Positions 45,527-57,887 of a DNA stretch of 64,000 nt are shown here, piece after piece; position 1 is the stretch's first letter, and each line of letters starts with the position of its first letter. The position numbers and the translations under genes were made by a program. This DNA is from Marsupella aquatica. Its lineage: Eukaryota > Plantae > Marchantiophyta. The notes beneath the pieces were generated by a model. It made no database searches, was not told where the DNA came from, and saw only the letters and a program-made list of their open reading frames with translations. The stretch spans positions 4,074,490 through 4,138,489 of the forward strand of contig OZ316893.1 in NCBI GenBank assembly GCA_973895155.1. The letters are read 5' to 3'.

Positions 45527-46594
45527 ATGGTGAGCTGCAAGACTGCTCGATCTGTTGAAGACTCGCATCACTTTGGCCTGAACATACTTCGGCTCTCTTC
45601 GTCTTCCACAGTCTCATGGACTTACACACTCACACTTACCTCTCTCAGTAAAGTCACTGTGATGTGGTTTCAACTCAAGCTGGAGGACAGCTGTGAATTG
45701 GGGTCGTCAATATCCTACGGTCCAACTGCTTAGACTATGCAAAGATCCAGGAAAAGTTACATGAAAAGGATGTGTTGCCGAATGACACGACTTGACCAAT
45801 TTTGATTTTGCACTGGTAGTTAGTTTCAGACCACTTCCACGGTACCCTCTCTCTCGACATGGCAAAGAGGGCTCCAGATATGTAATAACAGGGGTTATAG
45901 ACAGGACCACGTCCAAGCAACAGAAACTAGACATCAGGAAGCAAAGGGAATGGGCTGTCTGAAAGTAAAGTTTTAGTCTCTTGAAAATGGACAAGCTCCA
46001 CAACGGTTCCATCCAATTATGGTTCTTCCCCGTGATGGCTTCTCATAATCACGGAAGTGTAAATGCAAAAAATCCAGAACAATTTCACAAGGATAAGAAT
46101 ACAAACGAATACCAACTAGTGTGACAAATTTGAAGACATGCTGCTAAATAGTTCCTTAACCGGGTCAATCTATTCATACAAAATATTCCAAAGTATAATC
46201 ATCCACCTTTAACACCGTGAGATCCACACTTGCAGGCTCCCTAGTGGTAGATGCAAACTTCTGTACAAAATCCACTGACCTTAAAGACCTATCAAGGAAC
46301 TTTAAACTGAAACTTAGTACTAGTCCAAGAGCTCGCTGAGTTCTGGTTAGGAAAATGGTCAGTGACAATTGCTCTATGTTCTATACAAAGGTGCCTTTCT
46401 GTTGGTGAACATAACGTGCCTTCATAACAGTTTTAACAGATCAGTGGCTATTCCCACTCCAGACCTACACGTAAAGAATTCCTGATAGTTGCCACATCAT
46501 CGCCCCCTGGTCTGGTTTATAAAAACAGAAGCACCACTGAAGTCCTAGAGTCCTACACTAAAAAATTAAATATCTAAGTGCCTCTGTTCGACAC

Positions 46595-49500
46595 TCAACC
46601 TGTCCCTCCGCTCCTACAGCTCCTCCTCCTCTTGGCTGAAATTTCTCTCCTTGCTTGGTCAATGAGTTTTCGACTCAGACTAACTTTACGCTTCGTGACG
46701 GGCTTGGTGGTTTTTCTCTTCTTCAACGAAGAGAATTCATTTTTGTCGGACTTCTCCGACCTCATACCAAGATCTCGAGAGGCGTTGACGCGAGCATTGG
46801 CACTCTTTCTTGATTGATTTACCTGTGATAACTCTAACGATGACCATGAATCCTGTTCATCAACGACAGAAGCACCACCATGACTGGATGCAGTGTCCTG
46901 CATGTCTTCTTCTATACTGACGGTAGCAACTCTGCCAGAGAAGCTCGAACCTGGTGTACCACCCACCGAGATTGTGTCCATGGAAGACGCTTCTGTCCCA
47001 ATCAGAAATTCATGTTCATGTGACATGATGGCAGTCATCTTGGCGGCTTTCTCCGTGAGCCTGTCCTGCAATGCGCTGGATTTGGTATCCAGTGAGCAGA
47101 TGCCCTTGCAAGCAGAACTGGCGAGGGAGACATTTCCATTCAAAAGTTTTTCCTGGTTACAAGAGACAGGACATTCTCCCGACTTAGACAATTTTCTTTT
47201 TGCTTGTAGTGGATCCTGCGCTACATTAAACTTATTTCTTGGTGATCGAATATCCTTGGTGACTGCTTCCTCATAGGCTGCTTCTACTGTGAGGTCCCTC
47301 TTCGCTAGAACTGACTTCTGACCCGTTGGACAACTATCATTCACGAGTGCATCCTTGAATTCCTTTGCTGATGGATCATCCTTTAAGCAAGTGTTCTTAG
47401 CCTCCAAACAAAGAGTGTCTGTGAATGCTTCTTCATACGCATTCAATACTTTCAAATCTTTCAAGACTTTCAAATCCAAACCTTCCTTACAGGCCTCACC
47501 ATCACTCAAATCTTCCTCTGGTATCTTAACTTCCCCATTCATTGGGTTTGAGGCAAATTTGGAACTGAATACCTCTACTCGTCGTTCCCCATTTTTCTTC
47601 TCATCTTTGGACCGTTGCCCTGAGATATGATCCGCACTACTTTCCTTGCCATCACTCAAACACGGAAGGGTGATCTGCTCTCTTGGGTCCGGATCCAGCA
47701 CATGCTCAACTACAACGTCACCTGGGCGAGATACGAAGATAGAATCCACGGCCACTTGGTTCTCCTGAAATTTCATTTGCTTCTTCCTAGATTTTGGCTG
47801 CGCCGTCGTAAGATCATGTTCTTGAGTATTGCCACCTGCTTCTTCAACTTCTACATCAGCCGTCCTCTTCTGTGGTTTCTTGCGATCTTGATTCTGTAGA
47901 CTCCGCTTCCATTTGTACTCGTGTCTAACTTCAGGGTCAGATACTCTTCTGATATGCTCCAGCTTTCGTCTCTTGGCCTCATCAGAATGCCCATTTGAAA
48001 CCTGATTTCCCTGGGTCACGTTGACCTTGTCTGGTAGTCTTATCACTGATCTTTTCTGCTTGACCCCTAGCCTTTTCTCACCATGTATCTGCTTCGCGGC
48101 AAGTGATGTTCTCTGCTCGATTCCAAGTGAGGTCCCCTTCTCTGGCTGGTTTTCTGTTACCAGACTTGCTTTAGTAACCCACTTTCTGTTCTCCTCTTCA
48201 AGTACTTTTGCTGGCGGCATAGTTTCCTGCTTCGCCTCTCCCTTCTTTCCATCTTCTGGTCTTACTTCTGACGGGCAGACGTCGTGTGGTCTTTCTTCAT
48301 TAACTTCTCGGCCCGTCTCATCCACCGATGAGTTTTGCAATGTATGCTCCAGCTTCTCATATCCTGGGTCTTGACGAGGATGGATGATTTTGATGACAAA
48401 TGGTCTTTTCCTTTGCATTGCCGCCTCCTCTTGACACTCAACCTTTCTGGGCCTTCCCCTTTTCTGTGGGACCTTTGGATCTATTTAGAAGAAAATATAA
48501 AGTGTAACGCTGTCAGATGATTTCCGAGTTGTACACGAAGGAAACCTGGCCTATAGTCAGTAGCAACAAATTCGTGACGCGAACATCAAATATCACCATG
48601 TTGAAGGCGTGGAATAAATGCAGACCGACCTTTCTTTATAGCTGCAACTTCGGCAGCTCTCTGATTGTAAAAGGAAGGACGGTTGAGCTCGATCACCCTT
48701 TGCCTCTTATCCTTCCCGAATTCCTTGCCTGATAAAAAATCATTCCAACAGTTGGAGGTTGAGAGCTCTTGGCTGGAAGTAACCACATTTCGACTAAGGA
48801 AAGTGCCACAAAGTGGCCTGTACTATAGCATCGACGCACTCTTGGTTTCGATTACACTTCAAATAAGGAACCCATAAGTCGACTGCCAATTAGTCCGACT
48901 AAGGCTGAAATTGTGACATTTGTGCGAAGAAATAGGTTTCGAAGGCAATGTGCTTCACCTTGGTTAAGAGGCGCAACCACGGTACACTCCTTTCTGATAG
49001 GGGGACTAGTATCTCCTCTCACCAATTTCGGTCTCCCCCTCTTCTGTGGAACCTGATCTGTGTATGAGTAAAGCACAAATGACGTATGTCAGTTCTCACA
49101 AAAGCACCTGAATTTCTGGATGAAAGGCAACCGAGCAGTTCGAAGCAGCAAATTAAGTCCAAAGCAATTCCGGATGACCATTTGTGTTATCTGACCTGCT
49201 GGTCCCTAAAGATGTTTAAAGATGTTTCGGGAATGATCTATGTGATGTTTCGAGTATATCGAGAAAAGGCTGACCCTGGTTTGGTGAAGCAAATCCTGCA
49301 ACTTCGTTGCTATTAAGCAACCAGACAATTCTCGCACACGGTATTTTTCCGATCTCCTGTGTCAATAAATATGATTAGATAGTGCCAGGAGTTTAGAGAT
49401 ATGAATGCTGTAATCCACATTCTGCAATCCTTCACATGTAAATCCAGACTTATATGTTATTCTCGGTCAAGTAGAGATTCTGACCTTGGACGGTGGAGCC

Positions 49501-51430
49501 GTCCACTGTGCCCCAATCGACCACTTCAAGGATGGCCTCAAATCCCGAGAGTTTGCAAGGTATACTCCGCCCTCTCCTCCCGGCGGTGCTGGACATACTA
49601 GCTACATCCAGACAACCTCACATTCTGTGATGGAGCATCTATGACTGCAGGGCTAATTATCTCCCACCAGCAACGTATCAGTCAAAATACAGAGTATTCA
49701 AACAGACAAGTTGTCTCTAAACAGGTGGAAGAGGGTTTAACTAATATGAACTGAACAGCAATAAAAATGATACCTTCAACCGAACGTGGGGAGTGACACA
49801 CTGTCCAAGGGCCTACAGATTGCTAACTAAGATCCACATCTTTGTTCAAGTTCACGGATGCAGGCTGGAGTACCTGAAACCTGCCATCGCCAACAACGCT
49901 AATTACTTTAGCGGCCCACCAACAATGGTGGTACCACCAGTCAACCAGATCCCCGACTTCCCACTCATCCCTGTAGACGACACACATCTTCGTGTGCACG
50001 CTGTTGTTGAAATTGGATTCCTTCACTGAGGGAGGTGGCAATGGCCGTACCATAAGAACCCGCTCATCACTTGCTGGGTCCCTTTCAAAGACTCGTATCT
50101 CCTCCTCACCTACATCAAGTTCAATGAATTCACTCTCCGAGTCCAAACTTGCATACTAAAAATTGCTGGAACAACGCACGAGTTGATCAGTGTGCAAACA
50201 TTGTACGGGATAACTCGAGTTGTGGATTCTACTCGTAGCTAATGCTAAGAGAAGTGAAAGCTTCTAGTCAGGGCAAACGACTGCTCGTACTGTGTGACGA
50301 CTCAGTAAGACATAGCAAATTTGACATTCGCGTGCTAGTCTCTGGTAGTTGACTTAAGCAATGATGACCACAGCATTGAAACATTCCCATATCTCATATA
50401 GGGCGTGCTAATAAGTCAGGAGGGGCAAAATGGACTATTTCTACAGAACTTCCAAACAATATTCCATAAATCATGCGATCTAACGACTACGGACAGGTCA
50501 CGTACTTTCATCAGTGTAGTCTTTGTACACCATCGTTGACATAATGTTGCCTTTCCGGTCCAAACGAATTTTCTTTATCTGTTGATAAAATCAAGGGAAG
50601 GGAAGTGAGAAAAAGCTGGACAATCGAAACTCCTCCATCTCAATTCCAGGTGGATCAAACATTATCTATGTCGAACATGACGAAGAACCCATTTTGTGCT
50701 GTGACTCAGAACCCAAATTTTCACTTCAAATTCAATGTCTGAAAGTTCTTGGATCAATTTCAGGAGTCGCGACAACAAGTCCTCTATACAGTAATCCAAA
50801 ACGCCATCTCAAACGTAAGATAGAACAGCACAGACGGGAAGGACCCTACCCTGGGCTGCTATAGGATTCGCCTAAGCAACAATGCTTACATTTTAAAGGC
50901 AAAAATTAGTACATGAGCAACATTTCTATATCGTACATGGGCATATTAGGGAGGGAGCAGGGACTTGCAGTGGGTTGATCAACGGGAAGCCCAAGCCCAG
51001 TACATATAGCAATGAATTGAACCCTTGAATGCTCCCTGATGAGGAAATAAATTATCTTGGTGATTAAATTAGTAACAAGAAGAACTGAAGACGAATAGTA
51101 ATGAGGGACCGACAGTGACGCCCGCAAACCAGCCACCCACTCTCAAGACAGGGAGGAAGGAAAATAAAGTGTAGAGGTGCGCTCATTAACGGACTGCAGT
51201 AATAAATTGAGGCCAATCTTGAGTTGTAAAGTATAACTCAAGAATACAGTGATAGCCTGAGAGCATTTATGTATATATGAATCTACCTGTACACGGAACC
51301 AAGCGCCTCTGTACCCGCTTTCAAAAGACTTCATTTCGACCTCATCGCCGACTCGGAACGGAAATTTCGAAACCAGGTCTGGCAACAAGGGGTTGCTGCC
51401 TTCTCTCGATTTGAGCTTTTTTGGCGGCAT
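46595..51430 (-). CDS. Agenet/Tudor-domain protein with AT-hook motifs and a long disordered C-terminus; exons approx. 51430-51287, 50579-50507, 50156-49874, 49547-49486, 49055-48959, 48793-48630, 48481-46595
   Basis: FPFRVGDEVEMKSFESGYRGAWFR and LMVRPLPPP..WEVGDLVDWWYHHCWWAAKVISV are plant Agenet repeats. QKRGRPKL and QKRGRPRK are AT-hooks. A 607-aa terminal ORF is K/R-rich at its end. Confidence 0.85.
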
Positions 51431-54400
51431 CTGAGAGGCTCGTTAAAATGTGCGCTGGATCAGCATAGCACAGGATAGCTCCTCGACTCTGTCAGATGAA
51501 ATGAGATGACCAGACGTACGTCACAAGTTATCGCATGAAAGTTCGCATTGCATCACCAGTGTCTAAATGCAGTAATGACGATTAAGCATGAAACGGTATC
51601 ACCGTATGATCAGTTCATTGTCCCTTCTAGTACTGGATGAGCGGGGTTGCGAAATTCGAACAACTGAAACGTCCAAAGAACGCGCCAAGAACAACAGAAA
51701 GCATGACTGTCTTTGCCAATTGTGTTCAACTCTACCTTTCTTACTGCGGTGGTCAGCCATGAAAAAAGGATCAAGTCCCAAAGGAGGCACAAATGATGAT
51801 GACAATGCAAACTGAAAGTAATTTCAAACCAGATCCTCCCCCCGAGGGAAAACGAAGGGAAGGGAGAGGGCTCTCAGAAGGCGGGCAAATGTGCTTGCCC
51901 AAATACATTCAACGATCCAAATGGTAGTGTTGAAGAACACAATTATCAGTAATGCACACTACAGGAAGCCTCAAATCAGAGAGCTTTATGGTGGTTGCTT
52001 GATTGTTGTGCCTGCTGATCGAACAAGGAGACACAACTGTAAAATAAGGCACGAGAAACCGTACCGGTCACAATGTCTCTCGCTCTCTCCCTCTCTCTCG
52101 CTGTCTCTCTCTCTCTCTCTCTGGCACTCCGGCAGCAAATGAGGTCAAATCAAAAGACCTCAACAGGCTGAACAAGGAGCACCGTAACCCACCGATAACG
52201 ACCACGGCGCACGCCCCGAAACGCAATCAGTCTACGATTCTGCCACAGAGCCCTCGGCAGAATTGGCCTTCAACGATATCAACAACCACCCACTCAACCT
52301 CGCCCCCTTCGACAGCACCAGCAGCACCCGACGGAACAATCAATCAATCACACGCCACCGAGGACCTCAACGGCATGGGACCGGTCAATTTCCGCCTCGC
52401 CTCGCCCCTCCCCGCCTCACCTGGCGGCCTAGGCGAAAACGACGACGACGTTGCACAGAATTGTCCGAGGTAGCAGTACAACAGCGAACATACTACAACC
52501 CCACCCCTCCGCAAGCACTACCACTGAAATCATTAAAACTACAATAATCTCCGCAAAGAAACCCGAAGCCTCGACGAACAAGCATTCCGCCTCGGCCCTC
52601 TCTCGCTCGATTCCTCCTCCTACTCCTCCTCCTCCACCGCGCTTCCTCTTCCCTTCCACCACGTCCCGCGTCCTCCTCTTCTTCTTCTTCTTGGTCCCTC
52701 GTGTCCTCGACAAACTCTCTCCTCACCACCTCTCTCGCCTCACTCTACCATACTCAGTCTTGCAAACCATCATCATTCCCGACTAACAAAGGACTCTCAC
52801 TCTCTCTTTCTCTGCGTCTCTCTTCTTGCTTCGTTCGACGTTCCTCCCCTGCGTCCCCCCTTCCCTGGACTGGACGACGGGACCGGGGCTCGCTCGGGGG
52901 CTCCGGTAAGCGCGAGCGTAAAGAATGTAGGGGCCCGATATTGGGTCGGGACTTGGGACTTTGGGAGGGATGGGATTGGCGGGGGAAAACTTGCCACAGC
53001 CTACGACCTACGTCATCGCCTTCTATCATTCTCCCCCCGCAATCTACTGTAAGACTGTGATCATGTGTACAGTACCCGCAACTCCCACGGCTCCGTGCAA
53101 ATCCAGTGTTCTTCGTTCCAGTCAGTCTCCCAGAGTCCCAGTAGTGCTTCATCGATCAATGTCGGGTGTTCGGGACCGGTGATTGATTCGCCCCATGAAG
53201 TATCTCGTTGCTTGTTCGTTCAACCCGACATTTTTTTAAAACCTCGCTGAACCCGGTATTCAACGAGAGTTGGACGACCCTGACTGTATGAACCCATGGT
53301 GGTGACTCGGGTGGTTCGTTGATGGACAGGATTCACGGTCCTTGTTAGAATACAGGGCTGTGACAGGTAAACCTGTCAAGGAAGGGTGTCATGTGTATGG
53401 CGAAGCGATGGGAGGATTGTCCAAAACAGGAAAGCATTCATGGTCATGGCTAGAGCATTTGCATAGGTTTCTTGTCTGGGGCTGGTGTATGTCGTTTTTG
53501 GGAGCTGTGTTTGAGGCTGCGATCAATCTATCCAGGAATTACATGAAATTTGATGTCACCAAGGGTATCCCAAGGCAGAGGCAAGGGCCGTCAAAGTCCA
53601 TGCCATGCCAAATGCAATTTGTGGAGTGTGGCCTGTGGCCATTAGTTTTGCCATGGCTCGGGCTGGAACTCTTGCATGGGCTTTAATATGGTACAGATAT
53701 AGCTCCAAATCAAAGCATTAATTGGGTTGTCTAGCTGAGAAGGAACCTGTATGGAATCGGCTGATTATACGATTCCATACACGTTACAAAGCACCGGTGG
53801 GATGCTCTGCTCTTAGTACTCGTCCCAGGTACCCCAATCATGAAGGAGTTGATGGCCCCCAAGAGGATTTGCCCAAAACCATTTAAATTATGTCACCCCA
53901 AAATTTGAGCCCAACCGAGTGTACAACTTACTTACAACATTGCCCATGGTAAGAAATGTCACAAATTTAGCTATACAATTGCGCTCCTCTAGTCATAAGC
54001 CTCTAGACTGGGACTCACGGGACTAAAGTGAAATTGAGAGTGTCAGTGGGAAATGGAGAATTGTGACATGGTAAGTAGGTGAAAGTGGCACAAATTTAGT
54101 CACGTTGGTTTAAGTTTGAAGAAGAGCACTCAGACTTGTATCTCAAATAATTGGAATCTGTAGCGAGAATTAATTCATGGGACATTTCAAGGGAAATTGA
54201 TTCATGGGGCAGTTTATTAATTAGGTCTACTAACTCAAATATCTCCAAAATTAGTTCATCGGGCCGTTTGCTATTACTGGACAAGTTAGATAGGCCAAGT
54301 ACCAATTTGTAAAATCGGACAAAAACTCAAGTCACGTCACCCCAAACACCCCCCGCCCCCTCAAATATCAGCGTTCGATAATTCAAATCAACGGTGCATG

Positions 54401-55139
54401 TGTTGTACTTATTTTAAGCTCGTGTCATTTTCTCCTGGGACAATCTAAGTCGACAAGGCACTTTTCATCCTTAGCTGTGTGCTTTCTAGTCCCTAAACTT
54501 AAATAACACTTTCTTGAAAGGTTTTGCGCTGGGCGCCCAATTACCGAGAAGGAATTTGGGAAAAATGAATTTCAAATTTTCAAGTCAATCTAGAGGTCGG
54601 GGACTCCCAATTTTCAGTTTTACTTCTGTACTTGCAAGGATGTTGACGAGGGTACTTAATATAAAATTTAAAAAGTATTATCACAGCACACTCTGAGGAA
54701 TCGACGGCAGAACTCTTTCACATCACAATGATGCATGAATGACCAAAAGCATATATGAGTTTATTTGAGCTACCAAACTAAACATTTAACATTATAAATC
54801 AGGGGAACTTCATTGGTTGAGACCATCCTTGACCCTGATGTCTCATCATCTCCTTGCCTTGCTGAGGTTCCTAGTTTGTTGGTAGTTTCACCCTGAAGCC
54901 CAAGTGCTCCCCTTCTTGAGAAGTTTTTGGTGTGTCTCCCAAAGCGCTTCCTTTCCTGAGAAGTTTTTGGTGTGTCTTCCTTCATCAAATCTGCATTTCA
55001 ACAGGCGGTATCTCTATGTCAAGATTTTAGCATCTATGGATAATTGTTTTTGACCTGATGAGTCAACATCCCGGCTTTTTTATTTGGTTAAAGTTTGTGA
55101 TCATGTTTTACAGGAGCATATTTCTATGATGGTCACTTG

Positions 55140-55250
55140 GCTTATGGGGGGCATGTCAGTCTAGCCATGGCCAAGAAGACAGGGGATGTTAGACCCCTAA
55201 CTATTGGGGAGAAAAAGTATTGTTTGTTAGCCAAAGCATTTGCGTCACAC
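55140..55250 (+). mobile_element. Non-LTR retrotransposon RT fragment (early-branching CRE/NeSL-like motif)
   Basis: Translates as LAMAKKTGDVRPLTIGEKKYCLLAKAF, resembling the K..G.VRPI.(V/I)GE...RL..K RT motif. Confidence 0.5.
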
Positions 55251-55699
55251 TTCTGACTCTGCAACTAGATTAAATGGATATTATCACAATATTCCTCTAT
55301 GCTGGGGGTCTCACTATATGGAGACCTCCCCATCACCTGCGACATTTTTAGGTTTCAGACCCCCTAAAATGTAAGATTTTTTTCTATTTTTTAACCCCTA
55401 TAAAGTTAGAATATTCCAAAATTTTGATTAAAAAGATCCTAATGTTCTTATAAATCTCAAAATTTGGATTTAAATGACCCTATTGTTCTTCTAAACAAAT
55501 TCTTTAAGTCTTCCCTCCAAACCAATAAAACAACCCTATACTTAGTCGCATGTGATGTGCCATTTTTGTGAAAGTGAAACCTCCGAGCCTCTATGGCACC
55601 TTGAAAAAGTTGATCTTCATAAGACATATGCTTATTGAAGAAATGACAAGATGATTGAGTTTACAAGTTGCTAAGATCCTTGTACAAGTTTAAATAATT

Positions 55700-56540
55700 A
55701 CTGAGACACTTGAACAATGGTTCGATGATTAGATTTGTTCACAAGGCTTTCAGAGGAGAAATGTTTGATCCTTGTGTGTATCTAAAAATGGCAAAGAATG
55801 TTGTCTTTAGGTTAAATATTGGTCTTTAACTTTATGTGGATGATAGGCCAAGGATAGATCTCAGATTGTTTAATTAGCTCAAGACACGAAAGAGTGCAGA
55901 GTTTAAGATGAAAAAAACTTAGAGCCAACAAAGAAGATATTGGATATATATGAAAATCACTAGGGACTTGGAGGCTAGTAAGCTATGGTTGATGCAAGGC
56001 AATTGCAATCATATGCGAGGAAGGTTATTGTGAAATTCAACATGGGAGATAGCAAACTAGTAAGTACCTGTTTGGCTTCACATGCACTTCAAGCTATCAA
56101 TCATCATCTCTTGTCATATACAAATGTGACAGTAAAGAGGCTAATATCAAAGGTTCCTTATGATAAGGCAATATTAATGGGGAGTCTTATAATTATATGT
56201 GATGACTTGCACTAGACCTAATTTCCATGGTCATGGGCAAGGTGAGTAGGTACATATCCAATCCAAATAAGGTATATTGAAAGCACTTGGTGGTGGGTGC
56301 ATAAGTTAAAGTTTACTTTGTAGAAATGTATAGCTCAATCTACTACAGAAGCCAAGTGTGTTGTAGGAACGGAAGTTGCAAATGCAACAATTTAGTTGCA
56401 TATACTTATCACTAAGATGAGATTGTTATTCAATATGAAATCTCATTTGTGATACTCAGAGTGCGCTCCACCTTGCTATAAACCAGGTGATGGATAATAA
56501 AGTGAAGCACATTAATGTCAAATACTATTATATAAGACAT
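55700..56540 (+). mobile_element. Degenerate Ty1/copia RT-RNaseH remnant
   Basis: Fragments FDPCVYLK, LYVDD (~55831), KILD..I.RD, KVPY..A.GSL, VSRYISNP, AQSTTEAK and CDTQSALHLAINQV..KVKHINVKY occur in copia order, with frameshifts. Confidence 0.85.
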
Positions 56541-57853
56541 TGGAATGGCCCTGATGGTAGCAATTTCCACTTTTTCTCCAAGATGCGATTGGGGCCATCC
56601 CTTGGGGAGATAGTGTTGCAGTTCACTATACAAAACCTTGGGGCCAATTTCTTTGTATAAGGTTAAGGATCCTATATGGAGTGGAAAGGGGCCCAATGGG
56701 GGGGGGGGGGGGCAATTTGTGCTTATTTGAAGCTCATTTTGTTCCAGATGTCAGACCACTTTGTAGGAGGTGTCTTCTCCTGGCCCTTGGTCCATTCTTA
56801 TTAATGAGTCATTTACATTCAAAGTGGACCCACAAGTCCATCACATCTTCTCTTGTCAGAGTTAGCTAGAAAGACTCTTGCCAATTCTGAGGGATATTCA
56901 CTCATACATTCAGGTGGAATGGTCCCCAATCTCTTTCTACTCTAACACCACTTGCTGCACTAAGCTTTACAAGCCCTTGTAGGCCCTAAAGGATAAATTC
57001 CACAAATGCTTGTAGCCCTGGTACACTATCTTTAGTGTGTGAAATAGTCACATATTTTGCTTTAGTGAAAAAAGCTCACAAGTGCCCCCAAAGTCTCATA
57101 AAGCCACCCATAGGCAACAGCATACTGCCAAAACGTAGCTTTATATTCCCAACTTACACCCCCAACTTCCCATCACTTTCCTAGGCTCTCCCAAAGTCAT
57201 GGTCTAGAGGTTTCATTCTAGACTGGGACCCTATAAGTAGCTTAATAAGTGGGCCCTAAGAAAGCAACTTTATATGGTGATTCTATAAGATACATTTACT
57301 AGACTAGTTCTCGTTAATATTAACAAGCTTGAATGCCCATTCTTAAGAATATTAATAGAGATGATGTCTAAAAATATAACAAATGATCACCACTTTGACC
57401 TACAATACATCTTATCTCCCTCCACATACATTGGTGGGGCCTTGGCCCTAGGGTCAGTGTCTAGAGGTTTCACTCTAGAAAGTTTCAATCGAGAAACCTA
57501 CAGTAGATCTTTTTATTCCTTGACTATAAACTGTATATAGAGATTAGAAAAAACTTGCAAAAATAAAATAATATATTATTATTTCCCTTTCATCTTACTA
57601 TGCCCCATCATGTTTTCTGTATGCACTTTTAACTATCCCCACTTTTAACTATTCTCGTAGGTCACCGTCTGGACGCTTCACTCCAAACGAGATCTCTTAA
57701 GAATAGGTTTTGATAGCCCTTTATTGATAAGGTAGATATGCTACATTCGAATCAATGTGAAAAGACTCACTCTCCCCAATCCTTGTTTTACTCCTCACCC
57801 GAAACTTACTTGTCGAGATGCCCTGCTTCACTCTAGAGTGTAGTCTATACACG

Positions 57854-57887
57854 ACTAGACTAGACTAGACTAGACTAGACAGTAGAC
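57854..57887. repeat. (CTAGA)n microsatellite
   Basis: Direct reading. Confidence 0.85.

Noticed and set aside
52263-53250. Overlapping ORFs on both strands
   Set aside because: Low-complexity CT/GA- and GC-rich 5' region of the Agenet gene, not convincing coding sequence.
53748-53781. Inverted repeat tgtatggaatcg/cgattccataca as a miRNA precursor or terminator
   Set aside because: A 12-bp stem is too short for a plant pre-miRNA, and intrinsic terminators do not apply to this nuclear context.
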